This document shows, one piece after another, positions 1 to 12,960 of a DNA stretch of 64,000 nt. This stretch comes from Utricularia gibba (taxonomy: Eukaryota; Plantae; Magnoliophyta). Location: contig NEEC01000024.1 in NCBI GenBank assembly GCA_002189035.1, positions 1-64,000 of the forward strand, given 5' to 3'. The notes under the pieces are model-generated. The model did not search any database. It was not told where the DNA came from and was given only the letters and a program-made list of their open reading frames with translations. The number at the start of each line of letters is the position of its first letter. Positions within the stretch are counted from its first letter, which is position 1. The position numbers were made by a program, and so were the translations under genes.

Positions 1-3000
1 CTGACTCCTTTGCCACATCGGGTCCTACTCGACGAAAATCGTGCTGCACTTATTGAAGTTAGGATGTCATGAGCACCCAAAATGGTTTTCTCAACCGCAT
101 GCTTTTATATTTGATAAGGCGCTCTCGTGGGGCAACGGTATCGAGCAGGTGGTCGAGTCGAGCTCGGGCCCATAGTCATTTGTGGCTCGGCAAAAAACTT
201 GATGCATTTCTTAACGTTGGGTTTTAATTGGCTGCCTACATGGTTTCTCAAGGAAAAGCTTGTCGTTTTTTGGGCGGGTGATGTCGTTGTGAACTTCGTT
301 CTGACCCAAGGTTCGGTCTGACTCTTTGCCACATCGGGTCCTACTCGACGAAAATCGTGATGCACTTATTGAAGTTAGGATGTCATGAGCACCCAAAATG
401 GTTTTCTCAACCGCATGCTTTATATCTGAGGAGGCGCTCTCGTGGGGCAACGGTATCGAGAAGGAGGTCGAGTCGAGCTCGGGCCCATAGTCATTTGTGG
501 CTCGGCAAAAAACTTGATGCATTTCTTAACGTTGGGTTTTAATTGGCTGCCTACATGGTTTCTCAAGGAAAAGCTTGTCGTTTTTGGGCGGGTGATGTCG
601 TTGTGAACTTCGTTCTGACCCAAGGTTCGGTCTGACTCCTTTGCCACATCGGGTCCTACTCGACGAAAATCGTGATGCACTTATTGAAGTTAGGATGTCA
701 TGAGCACCCAAAATGGTTTTCTCAACCGCATGCTTTATATCTGAGGAGGCGCTCTCGTGGGGCAACGGTATCGAGAAGGAGGTCGAGTCGAGCTCGGGCC
801 ATAGTCATTTGTAGCTCGGCAAAAAACTTGATGCATTTCTTAACGTTGGGTTTTAATTGGCTGCCTACATGGTTTCTCAAGGAAAAGCTTGTCGTTTTTG
901 GCGGGTGATGTCGTTGTGAACTTCGTTCTGACCCAAGGTCTGACTCCTTTGCCACATCGGGTCCTACTCGACGAAAATCGTGATGCACTTATTGAAGTTA
1001 GGATGTCATGAGCACCCAAAATGGTTTTCTCAACCGCATGCTTTATATCTGAGGAGGCGCTCTCGTGGGGCAACGGTATCGAGAAGGAGGTCGAGTCGAG
1101 CTCGGGCCCATAGTCATTTGTGGCTCGGCAAAAAACTTGATGCATTTCTTAACGTTGGGTTTTAATTGGCTGCCTACATGGTTTCTCAAGGAAAAGCTTG
1201 TCGTTTTTGGGCGGGTGATGTCGTTGTGAACTTCGTTCTGACCCAAGGTTTGACTCCTTTGCCACATCGGGTCCTACTCGACGAAAATCGTGCTGCACTT
1301 ATTGAAGTTAGGATGTCATGAGCACCCAAAATGGTTTTCTCAACCGCATGCTTTATATCTGAGGAGGCGCTCTCGTGGGGCAACGGTATCGAGAAGGAGG
1401 TCGAGTCGAGCTCGGGCCCATAGTCATTTGTGGCTCGGCAAAAAACTTGATGCATTTCTTAACGTTGGGTTTTAATTGGCTGCCTACATGGTTTCTCAAG
1501 GAAAAGCTTGTCGTTTTTGGGCGGGTGATGTCGTTGTGAACTTCGTTCTGACCCAAGGTTCGGTCTGACTCCTTTGCCACATCGGGTCCTACTCGACGAA
1601 AATCGTGCTGCACTTATTGAAGTTAGGATGTCATGAGCACCCAAAATGGTTTTCTCAACCGCATGCTTTATATCTGAGGAGGCGCTCTCGTGGGGCAACG
1701 GTATCGAGAAGGAGGTCGAGTCGAGCTCGGGCCCATAGTCATTTGTGGCTCGGCAAAAAACTTGATGCATTTCTTAACGTTGGGTTTTAATTGGCTGCCT
1801 ACATGGTTTCTCAAGGAAAAGCTTGTCGTTTTTGGGCGGGTGATGTCGTTGTGAACTTCGTTCTGACCCAAGTTCGGTCTGACTCCTTTGCCACATCGGG
1901 TCCTACTCGACGAAAATCGTGATGCACTTATTGAAGTTAGGATGTCATAAGCACCCAAAATGGTTTTCTCAACCGCATGCTTTATATCTGAGGAGGCGCT
2001 CTCGTGGGGCAACGGTATCGAGAAGGAGGTCGAGTCGAGCTCGGGCCCATAGTCATTTGTAGCTCGGCAAAAAAACTTGATGCATTTCTTAACGTTGGGT
2101 TTTAATTGGCTGCCTACATGGTTTCTCAAGGAAAAGCTTGTCGTTTTTGGGCGGGTGATGTCGTTGTGAACTTCGTTCTGACCCAAGGTTCGGTCTGACT
2201 CCTTTGCCACATCGGGTCCTACTCGACGAAAATCGTGCTGCACTTATTGAAGTTAGGATGTCATGAGCACCCAAAATGGTTTTTCTCAACCGCATGCTTT
2301 ATATCTGAGGAGGCGCTCTCGTGGGGCAACGGTATCGAGAAGGAGGTCGAGTCGAGCTCGGGCCCATAGTCATTTGTAGCTCGGCAAAAAACTTGATGCA
2401 TTTCTTAACGTTGGGTTTTAATTGGCTGCCTACATGGTTTCTCAAGGAAAAGCTTGTCGTTTTTGGGCGGGTGATGTCGTTGTGAACTTCGTTCTGACCC
2501 AACCTTTGCCACATCGGGTCCTACTCGACGAAAATCGTGATGCACTTATTGAAGTTAGGATGTCATGAGCACCCAAAATGGTTTTCTCAACCGCATGCTT
2601 TATATCTGAGGAGGCGCTCTCGTGGGCAACGGTATCGAGAAGGAGGTCGAGTCGAGCTCGGGCCATAGTCATTTGTAGCTCGGCAAAAAACTTGATGCAT
2701 TTCTTAACGTTGGGTTTTAATTGGCTGCCTACATGGTTTCTCAAGGAAAAGCTTGTCGTTTTGGGCGGGTGATGTCGTTGTGAACTTCGTTCTGACCCAA
2801 GGTTTGACTCCTTTGCCACATCGGGTCCTACTCGACGAAAATCGTGCTGCACTTATTGAAGTTAGGATGTCATGAGCACCCAAAATGGTTTTCTCAACCG
2901 CATGCTTTATATTGAGGAGGCGCTCTCGTGGGGCAACGGTATCGAGAGGGGTCGAGTCGAGCTCGGGCCCATAGTCATTTGTAGCTCGGCAAAAAACTTG

Positions 3001-6000
3001 ATGCATTTCTTAACGTTGGGTTTTAATTGGCTGCCTACATGGTTTCTCAAGGAAAAGCTTGTCGTTTTTGGGCGGGTGATGTCGTTGTGAACTTCGTTCT
3101 GACCCAAGGTTCCTGACTCCTTTGCCACATCGGGTCCTACTCGACGAAAATCGTGATGCACTTATTGAAGTTAGGATGTCATGAGCACCCAAAATGGTTT
3201 TCTCAACCGCATGCTTTATATCTGAGGAGGCGCTCGTGGGGCAACGGTATCGAGAAGGAGGTCGAGTCGAGCTCGGGCCCATAGTCATTTGTAGCTCGGC
3301 AAAAAACTTGATGCATTTCTTAACGTTGGGTTTTAATTGGCTGCCTACATGGTTTCTCAAGGAAAAGCTTGTCGTTTTTGGGGGTGATGTCGTTGTGAAC
3401 TTCGTTCTGACCCAAGGTTCGGTCTGACTCCTTTGCCACATCGGGTCCTACTCGACGAAAATCGTGCTGCACTTATTGAAGTTAGGATGTCATGAGCACC
3501 CAAAATGGTTTTCTCAACCGCATGCTTTATATTGAGGAGGCGCTCTCGTGGGGCAACGGTATCGAGAAGGAGGTCGAGTCGAGCTCGGGCCCATAGTCAT
3601 TTGTGGCTCGGCAAAAAACTTGATGCATTTCTTAACGTTGGGTTTTAATTGGCTGCCTACATGGTTTCTCAAGGAAAAGCTTGTCGTTTTTGGCGGGTGA
3701 TGTCGTTGTGAACTTCGTTCTGACCCAAGGTTCGGTCTGACTCCTTTGCCACATCGGGTCCTACTCGACGAAAATCGTGATGCACTTATTGAAGTTAGGA
3801 TGTCATAAGCACCCAAAATGGTTTTCTCAACCGCATGCTTTATATCTGAGGAGGCGCTCTCGTGGGGCAACGGTATCGAGAAGGAGGTCGAGTCGAGCTC
3901 GGGCCCATAGTCATTTGTGCTCGGCAAAAACTTGATGCATTTCTTAACGTTGGGTTTTAATTGGCTGCCTACATGGTTTCTCAAGGAAAAGCTTGTCGTT
4001 TTTGGCGGGTGATGTCGTTGTGAACTTCGTTCTGACCCAAGGTCCTTTGCCACATCGGGTCCTACTCGACGAAAATCGTGATGCACTTATTGAAGTTAGG
4101 ATGTCATGAGCACCCAAAATGGTTTTCTCAACCGCATGCTTTATATTGAGGAGGCGCTCTCGTGGGCAACGGTATCGAGAAGGAGGTCGAGTCGAGCTCG
4201 GGCCCATAGTCATTTGTGGCTCGGCAAAAAACTTGATGCATTTCTTAACGTTGGGTTTTAATTGGCTGCCTACATGGTTTCTCAAGAAAAGCTTGTCGTT
4301 TTTGGGCGGTGATGTCGTTGTGAACTTCGTTCTGACCCAAGGTTCGGTCTGACTCCTTTGCCACATCGGGTCCTACTCGACGAAAATCGTGATGCACTTA
4401 TTGAAGTTAGGATGTCATAAGCACCCAAAATGGTTTTCTCAATGCTTTATATCTGAGGAGGCGCTCTCGTGGGCAACGGTATCGAAAGGAGGTCGAGTCG
4501 AGCTCGGCCCATAGTCATTTGTGCTCGGCAAAAAACTTGATGCATTTCTTAACGTTGGTTTTAATTGGCTGCCTACATGGTTTCTCAAGGAAAAGCTTGT
4601 CGTTTTTGGGCGGGTGATGTCGTTGTGAACTTCGTTCTGACCCAAGGTTCGGTCTGACTCCTTTGCACATCGGGTCCTACTCGACGAAAATCGTGCTGCA
4701 CTTATTGAAGTTAGGATGTCATGAGCACCCAAAATGGTTTTCTCAACCGCATGCTTTATATCTGAGGAGGCGCTCTCGTGGGGCAACGGTATCGAGAAGG
4801 AGGTCGAGTCGAGCTCGGGCCCATAGTCATTTGTGCTCGGCAAAAAACTTGATGCATTTCTTAACGTTGGGTTTTAATTGGCTGCCTACATGGTTTCTCA
4901 AGGAAAAGCTTGTCGTTTTTGGGCGGTGATGTCGTTGTGAACTTCGTTCTGACCCAAGGTCCTTTGCCACATCGGGTCCTACTCGACGAAAATCGTGATG
5001 CACTTATTGAAGTTAGGATGTCATGAGCACCCAAAATGGTTTTCTCAACCGCATGCTTTATATCTGAGGAGGCGCTCTCGTGGGGCAACGGTATCGAGAA
5101 GGGGTCGAGTCGAGCTCGGGCCATAGTCATTTGTGGCTCGGCAAAAAACTTGATGCATTTCTTAACGTTGGGTTTTAATTGGCTGCTACATGGTTTCTCA
5201 AGGAAAAGCTTGTCGTTTTTGGGCGGTGATGTCGTTGTGAACTTCGTTCTGACCCAAGGTTCGGTCTGACTCCTTTGCCACATCGGGTCCTACTCGACGA
5301 AAATCGTGCTGCACTTATTGAAGTTAGGATGTCATGAGCACCCAAAATGGTTTTCTCAACCGCATGCTTTATATCTGAGAGGCGCTCTCGTGGGGCAACG
5401 GTATCGAGAAGGAGGTCGAGTCGAGCTCGGGCCCATAGTCATTTGTGCTCGGCAAAAAACTTGATGCATTTCTTAACGTTGGGTTTTAATTGGCTGCCTA
5501 CATGGTTTCTCAAGGAAAAGCTTGTCGTTTTTGGGCGGGTGATGTCGTTGTGAACTTCGTTCTGACCCAAGGTTCCTGACTCCTTGCCACATCGGGTCCT
5601 ACTCGACGAAAATCGTGCTGCACTTATTGAAGTTAGGATGTCATGAGCACCCAAAATGGTTTTCTCAACCGCATGCTTTATATTGAGGCGCTCTCGTGGG
5701 GCAACGGTATCGAGCAGGAGGTCGAGTCGAGCTCGGGCCCATAGTCATTTGTGCTCGGAAAAACTTGATGCATTTCTTAACGTTGGGTTTTAATTGGCTG
5801 CCTACATGGTTTCTCAAGGAAAAGCTTGTCGTTTTTGGGCGGGGATGTCGTTGTGAACTTCGTTCTGACCCAAGGTTCTTTGCCACATCGGGTCCTACTC
5901 GACGAAAATCGTGCTGCACTTATTGAAGTTAGGATGTCATAAGCACCCAAAATGGTTTTCTCAACCGCATGCTTTATATCTGAGGAGGCGCTCTCGTGGG

Positions 6001-9000
6001 GCAACGGTATCGAGAAGGAGGTCGAGTCGAGCTCGGGCCCATAGTCATTTGTGCTCGGCAAAAAACTTGATGCATTTTAACGTTGGGTTTAATTGGCTGC
6101 CTACATGGTTTCTCAAGGAAAAGCTTGTCGTTTTGGGCGGGTGATGTCGTTGTGAACTTCGTTCTGACCCAAGGTTCGGTCTGACTCCTTTGCACTCGGG
6201 TCCTACTCGACGAAAATCGTGATGCACTTATTGAAGTTAGGATGTCATAGCACCCAAATGGTTTTCAACCGCATGCTTTATATCTGAGGAGGCGCTCTCG
6301 TGGGGCAACGGTATCGAGAAGGAGGTCGAGTCGAGCTCGGGCCCATAGTCATTTGTGCTCGGCAAAAAACTTGATGCATTTCTTAACGTTGGGTTTTAAT
6401 TGGCTGCCTACATGGTTTCTCAAGGAAAAGCTTGTCGTTTTTGGGCGGTGATGTCGTTGTGAACTTCGTTCTGACCAAGGTTCCTTTGCCACATCGGGTC
6501 CTACTCGACGAAAATCGTGATGCACTTATTGAAGTTAGGATGTCATGAGCACCCAAAATGGTTTTCTCAACCGCATGCTTTATATCTGAGGAGGCGCTCT
6601 CGTGGGGCAACGGTATCGAGAAGGGGTCGAGTCGAGCTCGGGCCCATAGTCATTTGTGCTCGGCAAAAAACTTGATGCATTTCTTAACGTTGGGTTTTAA
6701 TTGGCTGCCTACATGGTTTCTCAAGGAAAAGCTTGTCGTTTTTGGGGGTGATGTCGTTGTGAACTTCGTTCTGACCCAAGGTTCGGTCTGACTCCTTTGC
6801 CACATCGGGTCCTACTCGACGAAAATCGTGATGCACTTATTGAAGTTAGGATGTCATAGCACCCAAAATGGTTTTCTCAACCGCATGCTTTATATCTGAG
6901 GAGGCGCTCTCGTGGGGCAACGGTATCGAGAAGGAGGTCGAGTCGAGCTCGGGCCCATAGTCATTTGTGCTCGGCAAAAAACTTGATGCATTTCTTAACG
7001 TTGGGTTTTAATTGGCTGCCTACATGGTTTCTCAAGGAAAAGCTTGTCGTTTTTGGCGGGTGATGTCGTTGTGAACTTCGTTCTGACCCAAGGTTTTTTG
7101 CCACATCGGGTCCTACTCGACGAAAATCGTGATGCACTTATTGAAGTTAGGATGTCATGAGCACCCAAAATGGTTTTCAACCGCATGCTTTATATCTGAG
7201 GAGGCGCTCTCGTGGGGCAACGGTATCGAGAAGGAGGTCGAGTCGAGCTCGGGCCCATAGTCATTTGTGCTCGGCAAAAAACTTGATGCATTTCTTAACG
7301 TTGGGTTTTAATTGGCTGCCTACATGGTTTCTCAAGGAAAAGCTTGTCGTTTTTGGGCGGTGATGTCGTTGTGAACTTCGTTCTGACCCAAGTTCGGTGA
7401 CTCCTTTGCCACATCGGGTCCTACTCGACGAAATCGTGCTGCACTTATTGAAGTTAGGATGTCATGAGCACCCAAAATGGTTTTCTCAACCGCATGCTTT
7501 ATATCTGAGGAGGCGCTCTCGTGGGGCAACGGTATCGAGAAGGAGGTCGAGTCGAGCTCGGGCCCATAGTCATTTGTAGCTCGGCAAAAAACTTGATGCA
7601 TTTTTAACGTTGGGTTTTAATTGGCTGCCTACATGGTTTCTCAAGGAAAAGCTTGTCGTTTTTGGGCGGTGATGTCGTTGTGAACTTCGTTCTGACCCAA
7701 GGTTCGGTCTGACTCCTTTGCCACATCGGGTCCTACTCGACGAAAATCGTGATGCACTTATTGAAGTTAGGATGTCATGAGCACCCAAAATGGTTTTCTC
7801 AACCGCATGCTTTATATCTGAGGAGGCGCTCTCGTGGGGCAACGGTATCGAGAAGGAGGTCGAGTCGAGCTCGGGCCCATAGTCATTTGTCTCGGCAAAA
7901 AACTTGATGCATTTCTTAACGTTGGGTTTTAATTGGCTGCCTACATGGTTTCTCAAGGAAAAGCTTGTCGTTTTTGGGCGGTGATGTCGTTGTGAACTTC
8001 GTTCTGACCCAAGGTTCTGACTCCTTGCCACATCGGGTCCTACTCGACGAAAATCGTGCTGCACTTATTGAAGTTAGGATGTCATGAGCACCCAAAATGG
8101 TTTCTCAACCGCATGCTTTATATCTGAGGAGGCGCTCTCGTGGGCAACGGTATCGAGAAGGTCGAGTCGAGCTCGGGCCCATAGTCATTTGTGGCTCGGC
8201 AAAAAACTTGATGCATTTCTTAACGTTGGGTTTTAATTGGCTGCCTACATGGTTTCTCAAGGAAAAGCTTGTCGTTTTTGGGGGTGATGTCGTTGTGAAC
8301 TTCGTTCTGACCCAAGGTTCGGTCTGACTCCTTTGCCACATCGGGTCCTACTCGACGAAAATCGTGCTGCACTTATTGAAGTTAGGATGTCATGAGCACC
8401 CAAAATGGTTTTCTCAACCGCATGCTTTATATCTGAGGAGGCGCTCTCGTGGGGCAACGGTATCGAGAAGGAGGTCGAGTCGAGCTCGGGCCCATAGTCA
8501 TTTGTGCTCGGCAAAAAACTTGATGCATTTCTTAACGTTGGGTTTTAATTGGCTGCCTACATGGTTTCTCAAGGAAAAGCTTGTCGTTTTTGGGGGTGAT
8601 GTCGTTGTGAACTTCGTTCTGACCCAAGGTTCGGTCTGACTCCTTTGCCACATCGGGTCCTACTCGACGAAAATCGTGATGCACTTATTGAAGTTAGGAT
8701 GTCATGAGCACCCAAAATGGTTTTCTCAACCGCATGCTTATATCTGAGGAGGCGCTCTCGTGGGCAACGGTATCGAGAAGGAGGTCGAGTCGAGCTCGGG
8801 CCCATAGTCATTTGTGCTCGGCAAAAAACTTGATGCATTTCTTAACGTTGGGTTTTAATTGGCTGCCTACATGGTTTCTCAAGGAAAAGCTTGTCGTTTT
8901 TGGGCGGGTGATGTCGTTGTGAACTTCGTTCTGACCCAAGGTTCGGTCTGACTCCTTTGCCACATCGGGTCCTACTCGACGAAAATCGTGCTGCACTTAT

Positions 9001-12000
9001 GAAGTTAGGATGTCATGAGCACCCAAAATGGTTTTCTCAACCGCATGCTTTATATCTGAGGAGGCGCTCTCGTGGGCAACGGTATCGAGAAGGAGGTCGA
9101 GTCGAGCTCGGGCCATAGTCATTTGTGGCTCGGCAAAAAACTTGATGCATTTCTTAACGTTGGGTTTTAATTGGCTGCCTACATGGTTTCTCAAGGAAAA
9201 GCTTGTCGTTTTTGGGCGGGTGATGTCGTTGTGAACTTCGTTCTGACCCAAGGTTCGGTCTGACTCTTTGCCACATCGGGTCCTACTCGACGAAATCGTG
9301 CTGCACTTATTGAAGTTAGGATGTCATGAGCACCAAAATGGTTTTCTCAACCGCATGCTTTATATCTGAGGAGGCGCTCTCGTGGGGCAACGGTATCGAG
9401 AAGGAGGTCGAGTCGAGCTCGGGCCCATAGTCATTTGTGCTCGGCAAAAAACTTGATGCATTTCTTAACGTTGGGTTTTAATTGGCTGCCTACATGGTTT
9501 CTCAAGGAAAAGCTTGTCGTTTTTGGGCGGGTGATGTCGTTGTGAACTTCGTTCTGACCCAAGGTTCGGTCTGACTCCTTTGCCACATCGGGTCCTACTC
9601 GACGAAATCGTGCTGCACTTATTGAAGTTAGGATGTCATGAGCACCCAAAATGGTTTTCTCAACGCATGCTTTATATGAGGAGGCGCTCTCGTGGGGCAA
9701 CGGTATCGAGAAGGAGGTCGAGTCGAGCTCGGGCCCATAGTCATTTGTAGCTCGGCAAAAACTTGATGCATTTCTTAACGTTGGGTTTTAATTGGCTGCC
9801 TACATGGTTTCTCAAGGAAAAGCTTGTCGTTTTTGGGCGGTGATGTCGTTGTGAACTTCGTTCTGACCCAAGGTTCCTTTGCCACATCGGGTCCTACTCG
9901 ACGAAAATCGTGATGCACTTATTGAAGTTAGGATGTCAAAGCACCCAAAATGGTTTTCTCAACCGCATGCTTTATATCTGAGGAGGCGCTCTCGTGGGCA
10001 ACGGTATCGAGAAGGAGGTCGAGTCGAGCTCGGGCCCATAGTCATTTGTGCTCGGCAAAAAACTTGATGCATTTCTTAACGTTGGGTTTTAATTGGCTGC
10101 CTACATGGTTTCTCAAGGAAAAGCTTGTCGTTTTTGGGCGGGTGATGTCGTTGTGAACTTCGTTCTGACCCAAGGTTCGGTCTGACTCCTTTGCCACATC
10201 GGTCCTACTCGACGAAAATCGTGCTGCACTTATTGAAGTTAGGATGTCATGAGCACCAAAATGGTTTTCTCAACCGCATGCTTTATATCTGAGGAGGCGC
10301 TCTCGTGGGGCAACGGTATCGAGAAGGAGGTCGAGTCGAGCTCGGGCCCATAGTCATTTGTGCTCGGCAAAAAACTTGATGCATTTCTTAACGTTGGGTT
10401 TTAATTGGCTGCCTACATGGTTCTCAAGGAAAAGCTTGTCGTTTTTGGGCGGTGATGTCGTTGTGAACTTCGTTCTGACCCAAGGTTCGGTCTGACTCCT
10501 TTGCCACATCGGGTCCTACTCGACGAAAATCGTGCTGCACTTATTGAAGTTAGGATGTCATGAGCACCCAAAATGGTTTTCTCAACCGCATGCTTTATAT
10601 CTGAGGAGGCGCTCTCGTGGGGCAACGGTATCGAGAAGGAGGTCGAGTCGAGCTCGGGCCCATAGTCATTTGTGGCTCGGCAAAAAACTTGATGCATTTC
10701 TTAACGTTGGGTTTTAATTGGCTGCCTACATGGTTTCTCAAGGAAAAGCTTGTCGTTTTTGGGCGGTGATGTCGTTGTGAACTTCGTTCTGACCCAAGTT
10801 CGGTCTGACTCCTTTGCCACATCGGGTCCTACTCGACGAAAATCGTGATGCACTTATTGAAGTTAGGATGTCATAGCACCCAAAATGGTTTTCTCAACCG
10901 CATGCTTTATATGAGGAGGCGCTCTCGTGGGCAACGGTATCGAGAAGGAGGTCGAGTCGAGCTCGGGCCATAGTCATTGTAGCTCGGCAAAAAACTTGAT
11001 GCATTTCTTAACGTTGGGTTTTAATTGGCTGCCTACATGGTTTCTCAAGGAAAAGCTTGTCGTTTTTGGGCGGTGATGTCGTTGTGAACTTCGTTCTGAC
11101 CCAAGGTTCGGTCTGACTCCTTTGCCACATCGGTCCTACTCGACGAAAATCGTGCTGCACTTATTGAAGTTAGGATGTCATAGCACCCAAAATGGTTTTC
11201 TCAACCGCATGCTTTATATCTGAGGAGGCGCTCTCGTGGGGCAACGGTATCGAGAAGGAGGTCGAGTCGAGCTCGGGCCCATAGTCATTTGTGGCTCGGC
11301 AAAAAACTTGATGCATTTCTTAACGTTGGGTTTTAATTGGCTGCCTACATGGTTTCTCAAGGAAAAGCTTGTCGTTTTTGGGCGGGTGATGTCGTTGTGA
11401 ACTTCGTTCTGACCCAAGGTTCCTTTGCCACATCGGGTCCTACTCGACGAAAATCGTGATGCACTTATTGAAGTTAGGATGTCATGAGCACCCAAAATGG
11501 TTTTCTCAACCGCATGCTTTATATCTGAGGAGCGCTCTCGTGGGGCAACGGTATCGAGAAGGAGGTCGAGTCGAGCTCGGGCCCATAGTCATTTGTAGCT
11601 CGGCAAAAAACTTGATGCATTTCTTAACGTTGGGTTTTAATTGGCTGCCTACATGGTTTCTCAAGGAAAAGCTTGTCGTTTTTGGGCGGTGATGTCGTTG
11701 TGAACTTCGTTCTGACCCAAGGTTCGGTCTGACTCCTTTGCCACATCGGGTCCTACTCGACGAAAATCGTGATGCACTTATTGAAGTTAGGATGTCATGA
11801 GCACCCAAAATGGTTTTCTCAACCGCATGCTTTATATCTGAGGAGGCGCTCTCGTGGGCAACGGTATCGAGAAGGAGGTCGAGTCGAGCTCGGGCCCATA
11901 GTCATTTGTGCTCGGCAAAAAACTTGATGCATTTCTTAACGTTGGTTTTAATTGGCTGCCTACATGGTTTCTCAAGGAAAAGCTTGTCGTTTTTGGGCGG

Positions 12001-12960
12001 GTGATGTCGTTGTGAACTTCGTTCTGACCCAAGGTTCGGTCTGACTCCTTTGCCACATCGGTCCTACTCGACGAAAATCGTGCTGCACTTATTGAAGTTA
12101 GGATGTCATGAGCACCCAAAATGGTTTTCTCAACCGCATGCTTTATATCTGAGGAGGCGCTCTCGTGGGGCAACGGTATCGAGAAGGAGGTCGAGTCGAG
12201 CTCGGGCCCATAGTCATTTGTGCTCGGCAAAAAACTTGATGCATTTCTTAACGTTGGGTTTTAATTGGCTGCCTACATGGTTTCTCAAGGAAAAGCTTGT
12301 CGTTTTTGGGCGGTGATGTCGTTGTGAACTTCGTTCTGACCCAAGGTTCGGTCTGACTCTTTGCCACATCGGGTCCTACTCGACGAAAATCGTGCTGCAC
12401 TTATTGAAGTTAGGATGTCATGAGCACCCAAAATGGTTTTCTCAACCGCATGCTTTATATCTGAGGAGGCGCTCTCGTGGGCAACGGTATCGAGAAGGAG
12501 GTCGAGTCGAGCTCGGGCCCATAGTCATTTGTGCTCGGCAAAAAACTTGATGCATTTCTTAACGTTGGGTTTTAATTGGCTGCCTACATGGTTTCTCAAG
12601 GAAAAGCTTGTCGTTTGGGCGGTGATGTCGTTGTGAACTTCGTTCTGACCAAGGTTCCTTTGCCACATCGGGTCCTACTCGACGAAAATCGTGATGCACT
12701 TATTGAAGTTAGGATGTCATGAGCACCCAAAATGGTTTTCTCAACCGCATGCTTTATATCTGAGGAGGCGCTCTCGTGGGCAACGGTATCGAAGGAGGTC
12801 GAGTCGAGCTCGGGCCCATAGTCATTTGTGCTCGGCAAAAAACTTGATGCATTTCTTAACGTTGGGTTTTAATTGGCTGCCTACATGGTTTCTCAAGGAA
12901 AAGCTTGTCGTTTTTGGGCGGTGATGTCGTTGTGAACTTCGTTCTGACCCAAGGTTCGGT

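Noticed and set aside
1459-1770. Minus-strand 103-aa ORF (MHQVFCRATNDYGPELD...KTQR); this frame has only one stop per 105-codon unit, and 315 is divisible by 3
   Set aside because: About 5 stops are expected per 105 codons. One frame in six having 0-1 stops is not rare (roughly 0.2 by a Poisson estimate). The stop is kept in the intact units I read, indels break the frame in many copies, I recognise no protein domain, and the A/B dimer origin points to a non-coding repeat.
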